Of a stretch of 64,000 nucleotides of DNA, positions 41,957 through 53,761 are shown piece after piece. The DNA lies in NCBI GenBank assembly GCA_002633005.1, contig NMRA01000265.1:129526-193525 (forward strand). Direction: 5' to 3'. Under the pieces are notes generated by a model. That model was not told the origin of the DNA. It worked only from the letters and a program-made list of their open reading frames with translations, and did not search any database. Source of the DNA: Phoronis australis (taxonomy: Eukaryota; Animalia; Phoronida). Numbering within the stretch: position 1 is the first letter of the stretch; each line of letters begins with the position of its first letter. Both the position numbers and the translations under genes were made by a program.

Positions 41957-41982
41957 TGTGTGTGTATGTGTGTGTGTGTGTG
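41957..41982 (+). repeat. (GT)n microsatellite
   Basis: Interrupted GT run just upstream (minus strand) of the candidate first exon at 41938. Confidence 0.9.
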
Positions 41983-43166
41983 CAGTACAGTGGACTGGCC
42001 AGTGTAAACAAACACATGTGGACCAGTGAAAGACCAGGCAGAAAAGCCAACCAATGGGGGACTCCAGTGAGGCACAATAAGTCTGGCATCTCATTCACAG
42101 CCAGCAGGTCATTAGCGCGGTTGTGTAATCAAAATAAACCAAGCTCTCTTCATGAGATTGGATCTGGCAGCTGGGCCAAAAATATTGGTTGACCCAGGGG
42201 TGCTGAGATGGAGACCAATGGCTTATATTTAAGCTAAATTAATCAATTAAAATGGAAGGGCCTCACAACAAAGATGGCCAGAGTATGATAACAAGAATAA
42301 GAACTCCAACTGAAGTGAAAGGGGATTATCATGGGGTGCCTTCTACCTCTCACACAATATAAATGCTTTTGCTTTTGCCAGCATGGAAAATGCCAATAAT
42401 AATAAGCAAGGGTCACTTTTATATTGGTGGTTTGAGTTACCACCAAGTGCTGGCGCTTTCGTTAACACTTTTGGCTTTGTTAGCAAGACCACTTACCACT
42501 GCACTTCAAATACATTTATGCCGTACAAAGGGAAAGGAATCAATGTTCATCATTGTGTAGATTAATTTACTGAAGAGAGCAAAAGTGGTTTTAACACCAA
42601 CAAAGTTGATGAGAAAACAAACTAACTGCTGGCTTAAATGATCCTTCCCAGACAGCACTGCTAGAAATTTTACTAGCATTATGGCACTGGAAAAATTGAC
42701 AGTTTTTTTGACACTTATCTGCACCTACTCTTGACATCTGAAACAAGGCTTCAATAAGCGCCTCACCGATCGACTAGAGCACGGTTAGGCTGAAAACATC
42801 AAGGGGAACTGAAAAAGCCTGTACGTCTCAGCTGATGATAGCTTTTGCAGGCTACCCTGCCGGATTACAGCTTTTTGGATGTTGATAAAAACAACGATGA
42901 ATTTAAATCGGCTCAATATGTTTTGGCGTTTATTAAAACACCATCCACAGAAGCAAAAACAGTGACCACCTAACTTAAGCCCCAACAACAAGAATTGATG
43001 CACAGACACAGGTCCAGGGCGATTTAAATACATCATTGTTTTTATCAACATATGCTGCTACTTGCTATCATGAAGATTTTTTGGATGTGATTTGAAAGCG
43101 ATCACGCAGTCAATGTCATCAATGACGTGTGCACCTAGACCATAGAAACAGTTGGAAGTGACTTAC

Positions 43167-43236
43167 AGTCGGATCAACCTGTAGGCTTTATAATACTCTT
43201 GATAGTGCTGCCACAGCTTGGTGGAGAACAAATTAC
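43167..43236 (-). CDS. Exon E of DH domain: (G)NLFSTKLWQHYQEYYKAYRLIR(L)
   Basis: Acceptor ctttattgcag|GT, donor ACT|GTAAGT; 70 nt, phase 1 to 2. Fits DH CR2 G.LF......Y..Y...Y. Confidence 0.9.
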
Positions 43237-43352
43237 CTGCAATAAAGTTTCCATCAATGTTACACAAATACGGACCAATAACAAGGGTGACTATCAGGCC
43301 ATAAGGGCCCTCCCCCCCCGTATACTGGGTCTGTACGCAACCAAGCTTTCCT

Positions 43353-43420
43353 GAGAGTCATGTGGCTCAGTGGTTTGAGCTCCGTACCCCCCTTTGGGAG
43401 ACCCCGGTTCGAATCCTAGC
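43353..43420 (+). mobile_element. tRNA-derived SINE head (or tRNA pseudogene)
   Basis: A box TGGCTCAGTGG and B box GGTTCGAATCC at tRNA-like spacing; anticodon arm not intact. Confidence 0.7.
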
Positions 43421-45542
43421 TTTTAATGACTGGCACACAATCGAGCATTGCATAAAAGTGTCTACTACTCCTCTGAGCTCAGTTTTACAAGTGACTGTAT
43501 GTAAGGGAATAAATGAGAATTTGGATAAAATGCGAAAAGGACTTCCGGGGCTGTGTTTATTTATGCTTCCTGCCCGATTTTTTTGTCTTTTAAGAGATCA
43601 GCAATTTACTATCTCTTATATAGCCTACTGGCATCATCGTGTGCTCCTGTTTGTAGTCAGAGTTTGTGGTTTGTACGGGTGCCTGATTGGTCTAATCATG
43701 AATAGCGACATCCTAGAGTCGAGGCGACAGGAATGACGGTTGTTATTTGTGATTGGACCAATCACAGGTTGCAGAAATCATGAGTCTACAATCGTCATAA
43801 CCAAAGCAGCAAAGGATGGCAGTACATCAAAACTTGCCTATCAAATTAACAAAGAAATCAGAGAAAAGAAGCCTCAGTGATCATTTTATAAAACAAATAT
43901 AGACCGACTGTTTGGACATATATGAACCTCAGGAGAGCTACGAAGTTCGGGATTGGGCCACATTTGTGTAATGATACAGTAATGAAAATCAAATTTATAA
44001 TATACTGTAATGAAAATCAAATAACATAAAGAACAAGTGTCTTGATAGCCATTTTATGAAAACCAGTTTTGTATTTCAGTTACCTTTAGTTGGGATCATA
44101 CCTAATTCAGTGATTTTCATTAGTGTATATAAAACACACGGTTCTATTGTATGAAAGTGAAGCTAGCAATTATGACAAAACATAACAGCAGCTTTGAATA
44201 CTGCTGTAATTTCTAGGTCGATGGAAGCATCTGGGCTGTTTTGTAGTGGTCGATACATATGTTTTATTAGTCTATAAAAACATTTGTACAAAACTTCATG
44301 AGGGAGGACTATCACAAAAATCTTTGTACACTCACGACAGAGGTGAAAGTGAATGATATTAGTACCTTTAGTTTGCATTTCAACAACAGCTCTCCAATAG
44401 CCTCCATAGAGAAAGTCACTGGAGTGGTACTAACCTAGTTTTCTGAGATGAAAATTGTTATTGAATAACAGATAAACTCTCATTGGAGCTTGAAATTACC
44501 CAGGCTATTCTGAAGAACAAAAATTCTAAATGAAATGAAAATAGTGCCGACACTGAAAAAGGATAAGAGGACACTTGATACCAATGTACATTAATTTACA
44601 GTAAATGCTATGTTAAATGGTCCCACAAGCCCCAATACACCCTTTCTTGGCCAGGGTTATTTTTAGAGTTTGTGGTCAGCCACTTGAAAAGTTTCGCTTG
44701 GTGATTTCAAAAGAAGGTGCTAAAATCGGCAATCCTTTTACAGGCACTCTGAACTGAAATGGATAGCCTTTTAAAACATTCAGGCAATGGGCCACTGATG
44801 GTTCACCCCAGAATCAAGGACGACGCCATCTACCGCCTGGAGGCAATCACTAATAGTTGTTTGGTTTTGCATTGGGTCGGCATACGCAACAAGGGCTCGC
44901 CTTTAGACTTGCATATGCTTGCAAAAGGTTTCTTCAAATTAGAACAAAAGTGACTGCTGAAAATGTAATTTTTAGTTTCCCTTTTGGTTATTACATTTGT
45001 TAAAAATGTACAGAAGTAATGTCAAAGGGGGCGGAATTAGGGCCTCTTTTAAAATGTTTCTTGTTTCCCCTCCACCAATTTCCATTCTTGCGTGATGGAC
45101 AGGTAGGTCAGTGGGATTGTGTCACTTTTCATCATCAAGGCGCATTCAGTTTTGTAGCAGAACGTTTTTACAACTGAGAACAAATGAATTATTTTTTCAG
45201 ATGGCAAGTAAAAGAACCGTGCACATATTTTAGGGCTGGTCGCGGGAAGAGCAATAAAAATCAATTTTGATTTACGCGTCACCAGCTAGGGGCTTGTACA
45301 GCTCAACTCATATGGGCATTGTATGCCCACTGATTACAACAGCAATTCTTGTACCACATTGACACTGGTACACTAACACATCTGATTGGAGGGGCAACAT
45401 GCCCCAGGGGTAACTTGCTGCATTTGCTGGGCATCTGCTTGTCTAGACACAGCTTACAGTGCTTGGGGTAATTTTTTGCACTCGTTTTTGTCAAACGTCA
45501 AATTACAACTGAAAGAACTACAACTGAAGGCTACCAACTTAC

Positions 45543-45588
45543 CAACACAAGTCGCTGAAGTGTCCCATATGCTTATGACGTGTTCAAG
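45543..45588 (-). CDS. Exon D of DH domain: LEHVISIWDTSATCV(G)
   Basis: Acceptor ttgtatttcag|CTT, donor TTG|GTAAGT; 46 nt, phase 0 to 1. Fits the DH pattern LE.....W......(I/V)G. Confidence 0.9.
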
Positions 45589-46011
45589 CTGAAATACAAT
45601 GAATAGCATTCAGTGGAAAGTCAAATTTCACTGTCAGTTTATTCAGAGGACAAATCGTGACACTTCTGAACATAAAAGTTAATGTTGAGGGAACAGAGTT
45701 ATACGGTTTAATGATCTTTCAATGCATAGTCGACACTAGTGAATTATAAGCTGGAGAAAGACATGGTATTAAAATACTCATTGCCACAAATTTGTCTAAA
45801 GAAGTTAATAAACAAATAGCTATAACTGAATAAAATGTGGACTGCCATACAAAATTTTTTGTAAATATTTTTACAGGTTATCTGACCATGTGTCCTACAC
45901 AGGACTTTTAATCTGCTCGAGGAAATACCGGTACTCCACCCTATGTTAGAGATGTGCTCTTGATAATACTTAATGGCATACAATGAAATTTGGCCAATAG
46001 CTGCTTAAAGA

Positions 46012-46082
46012 GTCCCGGATTTCGGGAACCAGTTTGTCGCTGTTTACTCAGTGGAAAAACTGGTTCTGAAAATGCGGGACAC
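46012..46082. repeat. Hairpin repeat core copy
   Basis: gtcccggatttcgggaaccagtt...aactggttctgaaaatgcgggac. Confidence 0.7.
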
Positions 46083-46975
46083 CGTGACTGTTACAGCAAT
46101 TTCATTACTGTACAAGCAAACTGCCACTTCGACGACCGCAGTGATGACTCATTGTAGCTATTTTTATGGGAACAAATTTGCACTGACACATTTGTCATGA
46201 CACTGTTTTACAGGTTTTAATTTGCTACGAACACAAGCAAAGTAGTACGAGTGTTATTTTTCCAAATCCAAAGTGTTGGCATGTCAGGGACTAAAAGTAG
46301 GCGATTAAAATCTCCAACTTATAGGCCCTCCTCATTATGTTTGCGAGAATCACCTCTTCGGCACCTGGGATATGCAAGACGTGCAGTTAAATGTGGCTTT
46401 ATATAAATACCGTGTAAATAACACTAAATACATCCCAATCACAGCTTCAACTCAGAGCTTACTCATTACAAACCCAGAAAATTGCTAGGTTCAGGAATAA
46501 TAATAAACCAACACAAAAGCAATAACCTGGGTTGAATAAAGCATCAGAAGATTCTTATCCTTTTAATTCCTAAATCAAGTATGTTACACCATTTTCCTGA
46601 ATAGCAAACTTGTGCACAACAACCCATTCAGACAGCACAAGGAAAATTACATGGGAAATTCAGGTACACACCAACTGCTTATTTACACAGATTTCTTAAT
46701 AACATTACATAAACAAACATGTTTTGAACAAGCTGATTCATATCTCTTGCCCATATTGGTTGCTATTCTTACTGGACCAGTATTTGGAAATAACTGCCAA
46801 GAAAGATTACTGGCAAGGTTCTTCAACTGATCTTACATGGTCAATGCCATGAACAAAAACAAACAATAAAGTGCTTATAAACTGGTGTTCCATAATAGAA
46901 ACTACAATTAGATTTTAACTTGTTCTCAACTCATACAAGAAGAGGTTTATGGGTTTGAAACTGTTTTGAAACCAT

Positions 46976-47109
46976 AGGTGGATCCAGGGGAAGGGGGTCA
47001 AGGGGGTCCGGACCTTCCATTTTCCCCTTGATTTTAGTGATTATCATATCTAGAATTTTCAAATTGTTGACTTGGACACCCTTTTTAAAAAATCACGGAT
47101 CCACCCCTT
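46976..47109. mobile_element. hAT-like mini-MITE (GGATCC family)
   Basis: ggtggatcc...ggatccacc ends; 8-bp GAAACCAT on both flanks (46968-46975, 47110-47117). Related partial copy ~62138-62195; end fragment ~17490-17502. Confidence 0.65.
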
Positions 47110-47575
47110 GAAACCATGCTCGGCACATACCAATAGAGCCTGGACTCGCACAAATAGGGACACCAAGAAGATTCTTCAAATTGGCAAATACAATAAAATT
47201 TACTTGACTTGTCAAATTAAGAAAACAGAAATACATGCATCTATTGAGCATTGCCACAGTGTAACACACAGGTCTGTCCACACCTATGGGATATAGCGTG
47301 TCCAGAGTAGCAATTCCTTTAATAAACAACAGTGCAGTCACTGTCAAGATCTTGCTGTGGCCGACCCTAACAACCAAAAGCATCATGTCTTGGCAAAGTG
47401 AGACTGGATTCTTAATTCGGACAACATCAGCAAGGTAATTAGGACACAACAACAATATGAAAATCATTGAACTTTTGTAAAAGTTATTGAGAATTCTTGA
47501 CCTTCTCACAGACCACTGGTCATTGTACCTTTAAGACTATACGCCTGGAGTGAATTTCTGCTAGATCTAATAGTA

Positions 47576-47724
47576 CGGTAAAGTCGCGTGATTTTCGGAC
47601 ACTGAAAATTAATTCCAAGAGAAAAAAATCATTCTTGGACGAATCTCGCGAAATATCATTTTGTGGTGTCCGAATTTGGCGGACCTCCAAATTTGGGTTT
47701 CCGCTAGTGTCCGAATTTCGTGGG
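47576..47724 (+). mobile_element. TA-inserted CGGTA-type MITE truncated at a contig join
   Basis: TA|CGGTAAAGTCGCG with repeated TTCGGACAC/GTGTCCGAA motifs; ends at the N at 47725. Confidence 0.6.
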
Positions 47725-48230
47725 NAATGTAGACACAATTTTCGCCACTGAAGCAACTTGACATATCTGTGACAGCCTACCCACCTAATCATGGTAGGGT
47801 TCTAGGGTAACTTGACCCAGAATAAGTCATGGTGTGGACTTAGGAACCAGTAACTTACTGGTCCCTAGTGTTGATGCATAAAAACCTGCAGACAAGGTGG
47901 GAGTTGTTCACTTACATACTGTAGGGGTGATCACTTGTTGCATCATATTTAGTGTTGCATAGTGTAGGGTGTTTAGTGTGGACACTCCCTCCGGCAGAAC
48001 TGGGAGTTACTCTAGGGTCAGTTGTGTAGATGTAAAACATAGGAGATACATTTGCAGACAAAATACAAAACCGTAGTTAACTACAATCTGCAATTTAAAG
48101 ATTTAATTCAATTTCAAATAAACTGAGTTTGGCTCTACTTGGATGAGACTAAGATGAAAATAAAGTCGGCTTTGGAATACTTATCCTCTGCATATTTTAA
48201 AAGATCTTTATTCTGGGTAAACCATACTTA

Positions 48231-48459
48231 CAGTAAAATCTCGCCAATGTCTAACAGAAATAATCACCAAAATTCTCCTTTATTTTGCAAGTGCTTTTAA
48301 CCTTAAATGCTGTGAATGGCCACAATTTTTCAAAACATTATCTGTTGGTAGCTATGGTACAGAACTTGAACAAGGAAAGACATTACTTTGGTGCAACATA
48401 TATTTCATGGAAAAAATCATCACATAAAATTTCACTTGTCGCCAATATTGTGTCCTAAA
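48231..48459 (+). repeat. Dispersed repeat; second copy ~54254-54448, end fragment ~7120-7158
   Basis: Shared GTAAAATCTCGCCAAT ... AATTTCACTTGTC..ATTGTGTCCTAAA. Confidence 0.6.
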
Positions 48460-49321
48460 GCGGTTAGATCTTACCGTAATTCAAAACACTGGTAGGCACA
48501 GGTACAGATATACGATACCTTATGACCGATTGCCAGGCTTCCAAAAAGTAAAGCCAGCGAACAAACAGTACAGTGACCATTTCGAGGAACTGATAACATG
48601 TGTATTGTACACTCCCCTTACTTATGGAAAGCACTATTTGCATTACATTTCTTATTCTAGTAATTTGTACAAAATTGTACAAAATATTGTTTTAATTGAC
48701 AAACAGCCCGTGAATTACTAGGTTGTCATAAGGGTATGGAATACGGAGACTATTAATCAAGGTGTGTAAACTACTACAGGCAAAATGGACACACGGTAAA
48801 CATAACAAATAAAAAATGCGAAGTGTTTCAATAAATAGAACTACCGAATATGATAAGGACACCACTTAAACTTTGTCTTATTTCCTTACATTTTTAACAC
48901 TTCAACCTTTGGATACAAGTTTATGGTGACAGCCAGTTCTGTAAACAACTGCAAAAACCATATCTGGCATTTTCAAAGAGAAAAATGAGCTGTTGTATGT
49001 AAGAGACTCTTAAAGAAATACAAGGGGAGCTACTTGATTTCTGTGATACTTACTTACAGTGCTGCATATGCTAAAGCCTGGCCAATTTCACACCAATATA
49101 ATAGCCAAAATTACATAATTTTCATCAAGGTAGCGATGCACACTAAAGTTTTTTTCAATGTGACAATTTGGTAATATTTACATGTGCTAATTGACATTAA
49201 ACTTATTTTTAAATCAATTGGTTTTTATTAGAGCAAAATATAAGCAGCTAGTAGTGACGGCACTACTCTGTAATTATTGTTCATAACAGTGGCACCTGGC
49301 GATAACTTCTATTGGACCGAA

Positions 49322-49488
49322 GTTCACCGTTCATACAGCACCGCAGCGTCAACACTGCGCTGTTAAATCCACCTCTTAACTGCTATGTTAACTGGAGCTG
49401 TTAACTTCGATACGGGACCGGAGTTAAGCATTCATACTGACCGCAACTCCCCAAACCATCGATGCGTCGACGGTAGTATGAAAGGCCC
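49322..49488. mobile_element. Degenerate Harbinger-like MITE
   Basis: ccgttcatac... / ...gtatgaaaggccc inverted ends; CpG-rich interior with repeated GTTAAC-like motifs. Confidence 0.4.
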
Positions 49489-50769
49489 TATGGATGATAG
49501 ATTTGTCTGGAAGAACTCAATTAAAGCTGCGGTTCCCCACTGTTTAGCTGTCAATGTTGAATTCTTAATTGAAACATTTTGGGGTTTCTAAACCTCAAAC
49601 CACATTGTTTAAGAATTCACACCCAGACCTACTTTGTCATCCGTTCTTGAATTGTGGCCAAAAGAGGGAGCCAGCAAACTCAGGTCATAGGCAATGCATG
49701 CACCATTTTGGAATTCACAATTTTAGGTTTGGCCAATCCTAATAAACTCTTAAGTCTTCTTCTTGAGTTGCTGACGGTTTCGATGTTCTTGCTGGTAACG
49801 GAAATAAAATCATATCATGGTAAGGTTCATTATGAGAGTGATTTTATGATAGAAAAATTACACCCAGGGTGAAATGCAGCTAGTAAAACATTTTATTTGG
49901 TTTACATAGGAGAAAAGATGTCTACCATGATTTAAGGTACATGTAAGCCACGCACAGATCCTGGTTTACTTCACACACTAATTTAAGTTACTGCTGCTAT
50001 ACTATGGTCCAAGTCAACACTATACTATGGTCCAAGTCGACACTATATAAATACATACCGAACCTGGCAATGATGTCCTGTCATATGGACCCAGGGAAAG
50101 CAATATGCCCCCACCCCCATTTTTTCTGTGCTGCGCCGCCCATGGTCTATAAGCGGTGCACCAATGAGGGGGGCTGGGGTCTTTAGCCCTCACTTTTTTC
50201 AGTGTCGTGCCGCCAAGGTTGCTAGTTTTATTGCCCGACCACCATGACCAATGCTTCTTTCCTCTGACTTTTTGCCACTTGTTATTAGATTTGCTTGTTC
50301 TTACGTGCTTTGATATACTAATACTGTATGTTAGCTTTGGGGTCTGAGTTTATCAGTGGTTTCTGCAGCCTCTGATTAGTCAAATCGCAAATGGCCATAC
50401 CTGAAGTCTGGGTAGCATGTATTGAAAATTGTATCTTACACTAAGTTGATCAATATTATGCTCCATTACAAGTTTTCAGAAGACAGAAGCATCAGAGGCT
50501 GTTTAATGATATTATGTAGTCATCAAACTCTTATCATCTTCATTCTAACAATTGTTGCCAGTATCATTGCGACCAATAGGTTGTGCTAAGTAAGAATGGC
50601 CACCTTTTTATCAAGAAAAGAAAGTTGTTTACCAGGACAGGACACATTTGTAAGTTAACAGTTTCACCTGACAACCTGAATGCATGTATACACTCATTTT
50701 AAGCCAGTGTTTACTGCTGCAATCATTGCTAATGTGGTAATTCCTCCTCTCCACAAAAACGACCTTTAC

Positions 50770-50796
50770 CTTGATGACAGTGGGAATTTTACAATT
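50770..50796 (-). CDS. Candidate 27-nt symmetric microexon NCKIPTVIK between exons C and D
   Basis: Long pyrimidine-rich tract tctgttttactgttttgttcttcaccaatag|, donor AAG|GTAAAG; phase 0-0 with no stop. Confidence 0.3.
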
Positions 50797-51074
50797 CTAT
50801 TGGTGAAGAACAAAACAGTAAAACAGACCGAGTTTCTCAGATGTAATTTCAGGATTGTTGTCTCTAAGTGTCACCAGGTAAATTTCAATTTTCCCATTGT
50901 AGCAGTCATCACCACTGTCGCCATTATTTCCAAATATGTATTTTACACAAGGCCAGTAGTTACAAGCCAAACCATGATCAGTCACGTAGTACATAAATAG
51001 AAAAAATGCGTTGACAAATATGTGTTCTCAATTTCAATAAAGACTTAACCCAGGAGTAAATCAACCCATTTTAC

Positions 51075-51165
51075 CTTGGAACATAGCATAGAACTAATGG
51101 AGATGATTGGTTCCATACTGACAAACAGTATCCTGTAGTCTTCCATGCTTAGGGATGAAAACTTT
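51075..51165 (-). CDS. Exon C of DH domain: KFSSLSMEDYRILFVSMEPIISISSMLCSK
   Basis: Acceptor tttaatttcag|A, donor AAG|GTAAAA; 91 nt, phase 2 to 0. Fits the DH pattern LS.ED...LF...E.I. Confidence 0.9.
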
Positions 51166-52958
51166 CTGAAATTAAACATATTCAATGCAATATTAATTCG
51201 GGGTCAATTTGTCAAACTTAAGCAGATTTAAAGCCTGTTTTGGGCAGTACATGTAATTTTAGTTCCTACAATATGTCAGTACCGTGCTTTGACCACACTG
51301 AAATCTTTAACTGCCAAATCTAATGAACGCTCAGGCTTATTGATTGACTTTTGTCTTGTCATCAGTTAGAATCCTTAAGTTGTTCAAACAGCTATGAGCA
51401 ACAATCACACTCACATGTTGATCAATTAGATAACCAAGCTTGGTGGACAAAAACTCAAATACAGTTGGGCCTGAAATGCAATATGCAATGTTAATTGAGT
51501 TTGTGTATTCTGCTGACTGGCTACTATCCATTTTGGCAGAAATCTATTAGCCTCACTGTCCAGCTAAGCTGAGTACAGCCTAGGGTAACAATGGTATATG
51601 GCCTTGTGATGTTGGTTTGTGTAATGAACCAATTACCAGGAGAGCACAATGCCCAGTGTCAGTTGATTGAAACTTTTATCATGGGTACCAGGGAATGTTC
51701 AAAACTACTAAACTACTGCTACTGGCCATTCTTCGATTTCCTCTTTTCTCAAGGTGATGCAATATGGCGTGAAAAAGCTACTTCATGCATTTTTGACATG
51801 ATTGTGATTGAGAGTTTAAATCATGTTTTCTTGTCTTGCTAAAGCATTTTCAGGACAACCTGAATAGTCCAGTATACTCTAACTGGAAGATTATAAATCA
51901 CACGAGTGGTTGCCAGTGAGCAAAACACAGAATGTATCGTGTTGAACATTTCAAAACATATTGGATTTGAATACACTGAATCTGAACATTAGCTCAGGGA
52001 GATTTAAAGCAGATATAAGCCATAACAAAAAACAACTTTTGATTTGGTCGCTACTCAAGAAATTGGTCTCAAATTGCTCCTTCTGTCAAATTGCACATAA
52101 TTTCAGGGTTTCCAAAAAATTGACAGTTTGTTATTTCTTAAGACCAATCAAGTTGTTAGCATGCTGTGACAAGAGCTTCACTTGAGAGCCTGTAGAGTCT
52201 CAAACAATAACAAACTGCCTGCTCTTTGCAAAACCCAGAGATCCCTTCTGATCTGAGTAAGGAACAAGATGACACCAATTTTATAGCACTATGTGATGTA
52301 AAGCAGTAAGTGGTGTTAATGAAAAATTTACTTGCTGGAGGGAACTAACATTTATAGCCACTTAAAGTGGGTACCTACAAACTACAGTGGAACATTAGCC
52401 TTACATAACAGTACACATCCTAGCGGACATTAGCCTCACATAACAGTACATGTGGCATGGGGGATTTTAAAAGGCTTTTTTGCTTAGCTGGACATGGGTG
52501 TTAATACTACAGTGTGCGTTTCTCTAAATTGTGTAAACAAAGTAGTCTGCCACCCAAAGTAATTCTTGTTAAAAGTCTGGAGTGAATGATCATCATACAA
52601 GGAATATGGACTGAAAATGCTGCTACTGTAGTTGAAGCTTCCTATCGGCAAGCATCCTGTAAAACCTTTGTGAAAATATAACACATTTTTGGCTTCAAGC
52701 AGAAAGGTCTGCTATGGCAAGAGCTGGTGACTTTGCCATGACTAATTCATTGGAATAGTCAAAATTATTTAAGTGCCTACAATACATAAAATTACTTGAC
52801 GAGGTGAGTGTCTATGTCACTGTTAATACAGGACTTTTTATGTTTTTAGAGCGGCTATGTGCAAAATGTTGAAATTCCAGTGTATATATTGCAGAGTGGA
52901 TAGTTTCTATTTTGGTTGGAACTGATACGTGGAAAATGTACTGTAGTAGGCATGATAC

Positions 52959-53249
52959 ATGCAAACTTGCTTGGAACAGAAGTATACGCCACTGACACAT
53001 TTTAAAATGTCAGTTATTATTAGAGTGCTATTTAGGTTTGTAGTGTTAGTGCAAAAAACATCTTTTCAGTTTCAGTTACCGTATTCTCAACCGAGCTTTG
53101 TCCAAATGCAAATTTGCGTGGAACACAAGTTACGTCACTGACACATTTCAAAATGTCAGCAATTATTTAGAGCGCTATTTAGGTTCCCAGTATTAGTGCA
53201 AAAACAACTTTTCAGTTTTCAGTCATCGTATTCTCAGTAGCTTTGTCCA
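52959..53249 (+). repeat. Diverged tandem duplication of ~147 bp
   Basis: ATGCAAA..TGC.TGGAACA...CACTGACACATTT.AAAATGTCAG...GCTTTGTCCA occurs twice. Confidence 0.85.
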
Positions 53250-53658
53250 TCCTTACTCTCGCAATAGTTAAAATTAGCATTTCAACGTGGAAAATTGTGT
53301 TGAATGGAATTCCGAAAACCTATTGCTGAATAGAGCTGACTTTCAGTTCAAGAACACCAAATTTGTTGTTTCATTTCCTCTCCTTCATTCTTCTGAGATG
53401 CGTAGGTCGGCCGGTAAAATATTTTATTTCTTATACTTCAGCTCTCATTGGGAGACACTAGTTTTTGTCGCAAAAATACTGGCGTAGTTACAATTGAAGA
53501 AATTCCTCTCTTCTCAGATTGTAATGTTCTGAGTCACGCACATATATTACAGTCAGTCGGGTCATGGGAAACAAACCAGTCAATTTTCATTTACACCTTT
53601 AGGACAAGCGCTATTGTTTACTGACCAGTGAGGTCCTGTAGTTCACCTGCGTTCTCAC

Positions 53659-53761
53659 CTGAGAGGATCTCCATAGAGGTCTTGTACACTCTTATACAGT
53701 CCATAGCTCTCCCTCTCAGACTCCCACAAATGATGAACGAGGCGTAATCGACTCTCCATTT
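53659..53761 (-). CDS. Exon B, start of DH domain: (E)MESRLRLVHHLWESERESYGLYKSVQDLYGDPL(R)
   Basis: Acceptor tcttactgctag|AA, donor CAG|GTGAGA; 103 nt, phase 1 to 2. Fits the DH CR1 pattern R..V..L..(T/S)E......L/Y.....Y..PL. Confidence 0.9.

Noticed and set aside
43353-43420. Functional tRNA gene
   Set aside because: Acceptor and anticodon stems do not pair properly; better explained as a SINE head.
47093-47509. 138-aa minus-strand ORF
   Set aside because: Non-ATG start, runs into a MITE, no recognisable domain or splice support.
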